Shown: positions 58,801-64,000 of the stretch, piece by piece
Layout: each line of letters begins with the position of its first letter
Position numbering within the stretch: position 1 is the first letter of the stretch
Assembly: GCA_963816185.1 (NCBI GenBank)
Contig: CAWFJJ010000030.1
Span: 352,001 to 416,000 of the forward strand
Length of the DNA stretch: 64,000 nt
Source: Thermoanaerobaculia bacterium
GTDB taxonomy: Bacteria; Acidobacteriota; Thermoanaerobaculia; UBA5066
Direction: 5' to 3'
The notes under the pieces: model-generated
Told to the model about the DNA's origin: nothing
Database searches by the model: none
What the model saw: only the letters and a program-made list of their open reading frames with translations
Position numbers and translations under genes: made by a program

Positions 58801-61488
58801 AACCGTCTCACGCCTTTCGCGAACGACCCGGTGAGCGACCCGCTGCCGGAGGCCGTCTTCGTTCGAGACGAGGAGACCGCCGACGTCTTCGGTGCGACAC
58901 CGGGAGTCCGCCCGCGGGAGAAGGAGGGCCTCTGGCTCGTGACGCACGAGGCGGGCCTGTCGCGGTTCCGGCGGAGGACGGCCGGAATCGTGCGCACGTT
59001 CGAGACCTTCGTCGCCCATGAGGACCCGGTCAAGCTGATGCTCCTCACGCTCGAGAACACCTCGGGCAGGTCCCGCCGCCTCTCCGTCTTCGCGTACGCC
59101 GAATGGGCTCTCGGTCCGCCGCGCCCGGAGGCGCCGCGGCACGTCGTCACGTCCGTGGCGCCCGACCTCCGCGCGATCCTCGCGCGCAATCCAGCGAGCG
59201 TGGATTTCAAGACGCGCGTCGCGTTCCTCGCCTCGAGCGAGCCCCTCGTCTCGTTCACCGCGGATCGCCGCGAGTTCCTGGGCTCTTTCCGGAACGTTCG
59301 CGCGGCGGCGGGCCCGCACTGCGCGCGGCTCTCGGGCCGGACAGGCGGAGGTCTCGACCCCTGCGCGGCCCTGCACGTCGCCGTGGCGCTCGAGCCGGGC
59401 GAGTCCCGCACGCTCGTGTTCCTCCTCGGCCAGGGGCGGGACGACGAGGAAGTGCGGAGTCTCGCGGCACGCTTCTCGCCGCCGAGCGAGGCCGCGAAAG
59501 AGAAGGAGCGCGTGAAGGCCGCGTGGGATGAGACGCTCGAGGCGCTCGTCGTCGAAACCCCCGACGACTCGCTCGATCTTCTCGTGAACCGATGGCTCCC
59601 CTGCCAGGCGATCGCCTCCCGCCTCTTCGGACGCACGGGTTACTACCAGCCCGGCGGCGCCTGGGGCTTTCGGGACCAGCTGCAGGACGTTTCCTCGCTC
59701 GTCCTCATAAGGCCCGATCTCGCGCGCGAGCACCTCCTGCGGGCTGCTCGACGACAGTTCCGCGAGGGCGACGTGCAGCACTGGTGGCACGAACCTTCCG
59801 GGCGGGGAACGCGCACGCGCTGCTCGGATGACCTGCTCTGGCTCCCCTGGGCGGCCCTGCGGTACGTCGACGTCACGGCGGACGCCTCCGTGTGGGACGA
59901 GAAGACCCCTTATCTTGAGGCCCCTCTCCTCGCCGAAGGCCAGCGGGAGTCGTACCTCGAGCCCGCCGTCTCGTCCGAGACCGACACGCTCTTCTCTCAC
60001 GCCGCGCGCGCCATCGACGCCGCGCTCACGGCAGGCGCGCAGGGCCTCCCGCTGATCGGCGCGGGGGACTGGAACGACGCCATGAACGAGATCGGCCCTG
60101 AGGGCCGAGGCGAAAGCGTCTGGCTGGGCTTCTTTCTCCATTCCGTGCTCGTCCCGTTCGCCGCGCTCTGCGAGAGACGCGGAGACGCCGCCCGCGCCGC
60201 GCGCTACCGGAACGAGGCCGAACGGCTGCGGCACGCGCTCGACCTCGCGTGGGACGGCGAGTGGTATCGGCGCGGGACGTTCGACGACGGGTCCCCGATC
60301 GGATCCCGGCGGAACGTGGACGGACAGATCGACTCGATCGCCCAGTCGTGGGCGGTGCTCTCCGGCGTGGCGCCGGCCGCCCGCGCAGAGCGGGCGCTCG
60401 ACGCCGTGCGGTCTCGCCTCGTCAGACGCGACGCCGAGATCGTCACGCTGCTCGCGCCGCCGTTCGACCGCGGTCCGGAGGATCCCGGCTACATCAAAGG
60501 CTATCCGCCGGGGATTCGCGAGAACGGGGGCCAGTACACGCACGCCGCCGCGTGGGTCGTCATGGCGGCGGCCGCGCTGGGCTCCGCCGACGAGGCGCTC
60601 GAGCTCTTTCACATGCTCAATCCGGTGAACCACACGCGCACCGAGGCGGCCGTGATGCGTTATGGGGGCGAGCCGTACGTCGTGGCGGGAGACGTGTCGG
60701 CCCACCCCGCCCATCTCGGACGCGCCGGCTGGACCTGGTACACCGGCTCGGCGGGCTGGCTTTACCGCATCGCCACGGAAAGCCTTCTCGGCCTTTACCT
60801 TCGAGGCGCCGAGCTGATTCTCGATCCCCGCATTCCGTCGACGTGGCCTTCCTACTCGGTCTCTCTTCGCGTCGGCGGCACACGCTGGAAGATCCGGATC
60901 GAGAACCCGGACGGAAAGACCAGCGGCGTTCGGGGCCTTCGAGTCGACGGGAGGGAGCTGCCGGGAAACGTCGTGCCCCTCCTCGATGACGGAGGCGTTC
61001 ACGAGGTCAGGGGCGTCCTCGGCGGCACGATCACGGCGCGTGAGCGGGCGACCGCCTCACCCGCGCGCACCCGTCCGCCGTCCGAGCAGCCCGGGGCGCG
61101 CGAGAACGTGCCGGCACAAGCGCAGCCGGACGTTCTCGTCGTGGACGACGACCGCGCGCTGCGCGACGGCATCCTCCGTCTTCTCGACGACGAGGGATTC
61201 AGCGGGATCGGAGCCGAGGATGGTCTCGAGGCGCTCCAGCACCTGGACGCGGGCCTTCGTCCCCGCCTCGTCCTCGTGGACCTCGAGATGCCGCGGATGA
61301 ACGGCTGGTCGTTCGTGAGGAGGATCGAGGAGCAGCCTGCGCTCGCTTCGCTTCCCGTCGTCGTGATGTCCGGCATCGCGACTCCGGGATTCGCGCCGGC
61401 CCGGCGGAACGACGCGGGCTTCCTCAAGAAGCCGCTCGCGCCCGCGGAGCTCCTCCGGGTGACCCGCCGGTACGCGTCCGGGCGATGA
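52900..61488 (+). CDS. ndvB: NdvB/Cgs-like cyclic beta-1,2-glucan synthase/phosphorylase (GT + glucoamylase-like + GH94) with C-terminal receiver domain
   Basis: WERKRGKL, TLDSDT, SHDLFEG, RWVRGDWQ; TSPTNIG, WSGSMFEYLMP; GAWGFRDQLQD, GDWND, RENGGQYTH, WYTGSAGW; tail VLVVDDD..VDLEMPRMNG..KKP. Confidence 0.88.
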   Translation: MLGERRRGPLGEFLPLERLEERARALGAAWTVAPRGGGRHVLSRLDENLPVLRRAYRVLASDVRAGEAVTPAVAWLLDNFHLLEAEVRGARHDLPRAYNRKLPRLVGAEHGGAARIEALAWDIVAQSDARLDAIWLERFLAAFQTVTPLTLAELWAWPSFLRAALVDHLRVLSDDLLEIRAERLRADALLARDPSARPLLPDPPPPAFATRVLQRAREYGASAGGLVAALADRLGATGQTLEDAVRAENQRQAALQVSIANAVSALRLCETLDWGQFVERVSLVDEALRYDPGGVYGRMDFSTRDRYRHAIEKLAPRSGEDQVRVARRAAARAREAPPEAGPRVAHVGWFLVGPGRPEFEKDVGQRRGPIARIRRSFFRHAAPLYLGCIFVLTAAGLVAVSAYARAAGVAPGVEMWAFALAALPISEIAVFLVQRFVDALIPPRRLPRLDFSTGVPESARTLVVFPTLFEGVAAVEPMLRHLEVQALANPDLHVHFALLSDFADAVDATRPDDDAILAAASRGIAALNAAHGTERFFLFHRVRRWNASEGLWMGWERKRGKLEELNRLLRGATDTSFGLQVGDLSILPSVRYVLTLDSDTRLPRDTARTLVGILEHPLNRPRLDPAIRRVTEGYGILQPRVSIATTSAASSRFARVFSGHTGVDPYTTAVSDTYQDLFGEGVFAGKGLYDVDAFQTALEGRVPENSLLSHDLFEGLYARTALVTDVEVVDDYPSNVLAHARRQHRWVRGDWQILRWLLPLVPTRLGLERNRLPLIAQWKILDNLRRSLLPPALLALFAAGLTLLPGNPLVWVLLASSVLALPLVGVLRSLAAGPRPQQPSLSFVRELFGDLETAAAQTLVGFAFLPHYAFESVHAIVLTLVRLVVTGRRLLEWETFAKAAARAAGLLAAGGPRSFFVEMASSPLAAALLALLVAAMRPSALPLAAPLLVLWALSPILAWWLSHAAPFGREALSAGDRDFLLSTARKTWRYFEELVQEDANGLAPDNLAVSRDGGSPLIAPRTSPTNIGLALLADLAAHDFGWLETDALLARLDRTLRTVEGLERWRGHLLNWYDTRTLEPHEPRYVSTVDSGNFAACLLVLAQGLREMRADGDLLRAQDLARRARSLADVMDFRPLYDASRGLFVTGCRPGVHDTVKRDETFYDLLASEARLASFLAIAKGDVPQSHWFRLGRLAVTLHGIPTLLSWSGSMFEYLMPLLFTRTYPQTLLDASCRMAIRRQEEWGRAHGVPWGASESAYRVTDLVGEHQYRAFGVPGLGFRRGLDEDLVVAPYASALAALLAPAKAVKNLRAFAAAGAEGPWGFWDALDYTEGDAPAEPDALPRTTDGRGVIVRTAFAHHEGMSLVAFANVLLGDVMVRRFHADPRVRATELLLQERPPREAPVPQPRPTEDEVLPLPASPAAAPRLLRSPHQPFPVTQYLSNGTLVSAITQAGGGASFWRGLSVARHREDPTSDPVSNALYLRDVRSGAVWSATFAPTRREPELYRATFLPELASFRRRDAEIESLLEVAVSPEDDVEVRRLTLTNLSDTTREIEATSAVEIALAKPQDDVAHPAFGKLFLETEAVPADAALLCTRRPRTAGEKPLFAVHVLAAAARVQGPLEWETDRVRFFGRGRDASDPEAMERRALSGTTGTVLEPILSLRQRVRLAPGAIARLTFTTGVADTRGAALALAQKYHDPSAAVRAFALARTHAQVAVRHLGLTPEEAHLFERLASRVLGSDRTLAAPPAVHEANTLDVSALWRRGISGDLPLLAVRIERAQDLALARQALEAQEYWRLKGLVADLILLNEHEEGYRKELHDLLTLLVERGPWASRAGKSGGVFLLRADLLSPDDHRALLAYARAVLRGEDGSLAMQLDRAAPFVPEAPPPPAARPRAVLEAERPPSGLKMANGFGGFGEGGRTYEIVLEGARETPLPWTNVLANPRFGSLVTASGAATTWSENSRENRLTPFANDPVSDPLPEAVFVRDEETADVFGATPGVRPREKEGLWLVTHEAGLSRFRRRTAGIVRTFETFVAHEDPVKLMLLTLENTSGRSRRLSVFAYAEWALGPPRPEAPRHVVTSVAPDLRAILARNPASVDFKTRVAFLASSEPLVSFTADRREFLGSFRNVRAAAGPHCARLSGRTGGGLDPCAALHVAVALEPGESRTLVFLLGQGRDDEEVRSLAARFSPPSEAAKEKERVKAAWDETLEALVVETPDDSLDLLVNRWLPCQAIASRLFGRTGYYQPGGAWGFRDQLQDVSSLVLIRPDLAREHLLRAARRQFREGDVQHWWHEPSGRGTRTRCSDDLLWLPWAALRYVDVTADASVWDEKTPYLEAPLLAEGQRESYLEPAVSSETDTLFSHAARAIDAALTAGAQGLPLIGAGDWNDAMNEIGPEGRGESVWLGFFLHSVLVPFAALCERRGDAARAARYRNEAERLRHALDLAWDGEWYRRGTFDDGSPIGSRRNVDGQIDSIAQSWAVLSGVAPAARAERALDAVRSRLVRRDAEIVTLLAPPFDRGPEDPGYIKGYPPGIRENGGQYTHAAAWVVMAAAALGSADEALELFHMLNPVNHTRTEAAVMRYGGEPYVVAGDVSAHPAHLGRAGWTWYTGSAGWLYRIATESLLGLYLRGAELILDPRIPSTWPSYSVSLRVGGTRWKIRIENPDGKTSGVRGLRVDGRELPGNVVPLLDDGGVHEVRGVLGGTITARERATASPARTRPPSEQPGARENVPAQAQPDVLVVDDDRALRDGILRLLDDEGFSGIGAEDGLEALQHLDAGLRPRLVLVDLEMPRMNGWSFVRRIEEQPALASLPVVVMSGIATPGFAPARRNDAGFLKKPLAPAELLRVTRRYASGR

Positions 61489-61515
61489 TTCGAGGCGCCG
61501 CCGGGCGCGCGGGCC

Positions 61516-62982
61516 TCAGGGCTCGAGCTTGTATTGCTTGATCTTGTTGTAGACGGTCTTGAGGCTCACGCGGAGGATCTCGGCGGCCTTCTTCTTGTTG
61601 CCTGAGACGGCCGCCAGCGTGCGCTCGAGAAGACGGCGCTCGACGTCCTCGAGCGAGTCCCCCACGCGGACCGGCACGCGGAGAGGATCGTCCGGCGCGG
61701 GCTGCTCGACGGCGCGGTTCGCCGCCGAGCCTTCGGCGGCCGCGGCGGACGGCTCGGTGGGAGGCCGTGGCGAGGCCGGCGCGGGCGGGCGCACGGCGGC
61801 GAATACCCCGCTCGCGCGGCCGGCGAGAACCCCAGCCACGATCGATTCGTCCACGACCCCGTCGTCCGAGAGCACGTACGCGCGGTGGACGACGTTTCGA
61901 AGCTCGCGCACGTTGCCGGGCCACGGGTGCGCGGCCAGCTTCTCGAGCGCGGCGGCCGAGAAGTTCCGACGTCCTCCCTCCTCGCTCTCGGCGACGAGGT
62001 CGAGGAAGTGTTTGGCGAGCACGGGGACGTCCTCGCGGCGTTCGCGCAGGGGCACGATGTGCAGCGGGAAGACGTTGAGGCGGTAATACAGGTCCTCCCG
62101 GAGCGTCTTCTTCTCGACGGCCTCGAGAAGATCGCGGTTCGAGCTCGAGATGACGCGAACGTCGCACCCGATCTCGTCGTTGCCTCCGACCCGACGGAAC
62201 GAGCGCGTCTCGAGCACGCGCAGGAACTTGACCTGCAGGTCGGCGGACATCTCGGTAATCTCGTCGAGAAAAAGCGTGCCGCCGTGGGCGAGCTCGAAAT
62301 ACCCGGCGCGGCGCTTGTCGGCCCCGGTGAAGGCGCCTTTCTCGTGCCCGAAAAGCTCGCTCTCGATCAGGTTCGCCGCGACCGCGCCGCAGTTGATCGC
62401 CACGAGCGGCTTCTCGCGCCGGCGCGAAAGCGAGTGGATCGTCTGTGCCGCCGCTTCCTTGCCGCTGCCGCTCTCGCCCGTGATCATGACGGGCGCATCC
62501 GAGCGCGCGATTCGCGCGATGACCGCGCACGTCTCGCGCATGGCGTTCGAGACGCCGACCATCGCCCCGAAGTGTCCGGTCTCGTCCAGGGTCTTCCACA
62601 GGGCGGCATCGCCGTCCTGAGAAGGACCCCCGGGCCGTAGGCGCTCGAGCACGGCTTCGAGCTGCACGGGACGAAGAGGCTTGACGAGATAGTCGAAGGC
62701 GCCTGCCTTCATCGCCTCGACCGCCGTGTCGAGCGATCCGTGGCCCGTCAGGACGACGATCTCCCGGCGAGGATCCGCGGCGCGGGCATCGCGGATGAAA
62801 TCGATGCCGTCCCCGTCGGGAAGCTGGAGATCGGTGAGACAGACGTCCGGATCGAACGACGCGAGAGCCGCGCGCCCCTCCGCGAGCGTCGACGCGGCTT
62901 TCACGTCGAGATCGAACTCCTCGAGGAGCATCTGAACTCCCTTTCGGGTCTCGGAGTCGTCTTCGACGACGAGGATCTTCAT
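61516..62982 (-). CDS. sigma54-dependent (NtrC-family) response regulator: REC-AAA+-HTH
   Basis: DLQLPDGDG, GESGSGKE, ESELFGHEKGAFTGA, LFLDEI, WPGNVREL, Fis-type HTH. Confidence 0.95.
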   Translation of the reverse strand: MKILVVEDDSETRKGVQMLLEEFDLDVKAASTLAEGRAALASFDPDVCLTDLQLPDGDGIDFIRDARAADPRREIVVLTGHGSLDTAVEAMKAGAFDYLVKPLRPVQLEAVLERLRPGGPSQDGDAALWKTLDETGHFGAMVGVSNAMRETCAVIARIARSDAPVMITGESGSGKEAAAQTIHSLSRRREKPLVAINCGAVAANLIESELFGHEKGAFTGADKRRAGYFELAHGGTLFLDEITEMSADLQVKFLRVLETRSFRRVGGNDEIGCDVRVISSSNRDLLEAVEKKTLREDLYYRLNVFPLHIVPLRERREDVPVLAKHFLDLVAESEEGGRRNFSAAALEKLAAHPWPGNVRELRNVVHRAYVLSDDGVVDESIVAGVLAGRASGVFAAVRPPAPASPRPPTEPSAAAAEGSAANRAVEQPAPDDPLRVPVRVGDSLEDVERRLLERTLAAVSGNKKKAAEILRVSLKTVYNKIKQYKLEP

Positions 62983-63659
62983 CGGCCCACCATCGGCAGG
63001 GATCCTGTCACGGTCAGGTGCGTTTCGTCCTCTTTGCCCTCCAGCCGGCCCCCGTGCGCCTCGAAGGTCCAGCGCGCGAGAAACGGGCCGAGCCCCGCAT
63101 TCGGGCGGCTGCGCGTCTTGAACAGCATCTCGCCGGGCGCTCCGCGCGCGAGCGGGACGCGAAACGAAAACGATACCGTTCCATCGTGCAGGTGCGTCTC
63201 GAGCTGCGCCTCCCCGGCCGCGGCCCAGCGCGACGCGGTCAGGAGCGCCTCCTGAGTCGCGGCCTCGAGCTCATCCTCGAACCCGTCCACGAACGCACCC
63301 TCCGAGGGCCCGACGCTGCGCAGCCTCAGGCCCCGCTGCTCGAGCTCCGGCACGCGTGCCCGAGCCGCGCGCGCCACGAGCGCCGCGAAATCCAGGAGGC
63401 CGGGGTCTCCCTCGTGGGCGCTTCCGAGCGCCGTGAGGCCGTCGAGAAGCCGGGAGGCCTCTTCGAGCTGCTCTTTCCCCGTCTCGAGGCCGGCGCGAAG
63501 CTTCTCAGGGATCGCCTCCTCGGCGCGGGCGGCGGCGCGCCGCGCGACCTCCAGGTGGAGAGCAGCGGCCGAAAGAGGAGTCGCAAATTCGTGACGCAGC
63601 GCACGGCATGCCCGAAGCGTGGCTCCCAGCCTATGCTGTTCGAAGGTCTCACGCACCAT
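62979..63659 (-). CDS. Sensor-less HisKA protein with degenerate HATPase (possible ChpT-like phosphotransferase)
   Basis: LRHEFATPL H-box; no recognisable N-box Asn or DxGxG; residual AGLG..HGGRL; ATGA overlap with the activator. Confidence 0.65.
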   Translation of the reverse strand: MVRETFEQHRLGATLRACRALRHEFATPLSAAALHLEVARRAAARAEEAIPEKLRAGLETGKEQLEEASRLLDGLTALGSAHEGDPGLLDFAALVARAARARVPELEQRGLRLRSVGPSEGAFVDGFEDELEAATQEALLTASRWAAAGEAQLETHLHDGTVSFSFRVPLARGAPGEMLFKTRSRPNAGLGPFLARWTFEAHGGRLEGKEDETHLTVTGSLPMVGR

Positions 63660-63705
63660 GACGGCTCTTTTCTGGGCCTGGAAAACGCATGTAAACATCC
63701 AAATA

Positions 63706-63720
63706 GCAATGCTGGGGCCA
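63706..63720 (-). promoter_or_regulatory. sigma54 motif ahead of the HisKA-like/activator operon
   Basis: TGGCCCCAGCATTGC(T). Confidence 0.62.
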
Positions 63721-63752
63721 TCGTAAATATTACGGAGGACCCGAAGGAGAGT

Positions 63753-64000
63753 TTAGAGACCGCTTCCTTTCAGAACCGTGACGATCGTCCGCAGGAGGAT
63801 GAAGACGTCCAGAAACGGCGTCCAGTGGAATAGATAGCCGAGATCGTAACGCAGCTTGACGTCCGGCTTCGTCGCGTAGGCACCCATGACCTGAGCGAGG
63901 CCCGTGAGGCCCGGCTTGAGCGCGTGGCGCAGGCGGTAGGCGGGAATCTCCTTCTCGTACGCCGCCACGAACTCCGGCCGTTCGGGCCGCGGCCCGATGA
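63753..64000 (-). CDS. Polyprenyl-phosphate glycosylphosphotransferase (WcaJ/WbaP-type), 3' part only
   Basis: IGPRPERPEF..KPGLTGLAQV..KLRYDLGY..DVFILLRTI. Confidence 0.85.
   Translation of the reverse strand, partial: IGPRPERPEFVAAYEKEIPAYRLRHALKPGLTGLAQVMGAYATKPDVKLRYDLGYLFHWTPFLDVFILLRTIVTVLKGSGL

Noticed and set aside
52986-59021. 2011-aa and 1778-aa ORFs overlapping the glucan gene
   Set aside because: Arg/Pro/Gly-rich shadow frames expected in high-GC DNA; no motifs

Overview
GC-rich, gene-dense bacterial window. Gene content (IPTL-CTERM protein, CHAT/ECF module, Ser/Thr kinase-FHA-barrel module) suggests an Acidobacteriota/Thermoanaerobaculia-like genome; this is inference. No rRNA, tRNA, CRISPR array, integrase or transposase was recognised. 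Several conserved genes (puuD, mrp, a GT-C glycosyltransferase, a large secreted protein, mutY, ku) are broken by small indels that look like assembly errors. Three things stand out. (1) 45.8-63.7 kb is a general-stress-type island (ku, ferritin-like, Fe/Mn SOD, two lmo0937-type proteins, a DEGS1-like desaturase, a giant NdvB/Cgs-like enzyme with a fused receiver domain). Ten sigma54-type -24/-12 motifs precede its genes, and it encodes a CHASE3 kinase, a stand-alone receiver, a degenerate HisKA/ChpT-like protein and an NtrC-type activator, so it is a candidate self-contained sigma54 stress phosphorelay and regulon. (2) 9.6-18.6 kb holds an exported PDZ-TPR-CHAT protease, ECF sigma, anti-sigma and Cys-rich secreted protein operon, with a duplicated 52-bp promoter-like element ahead of two divergent secreted genes. 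(3) A dispersed 87-103-bp element with conserved inverted ends (TCTTAGAAGG...CCTTCTAAGA) occurs three times, once inside the uvrA reading frame.
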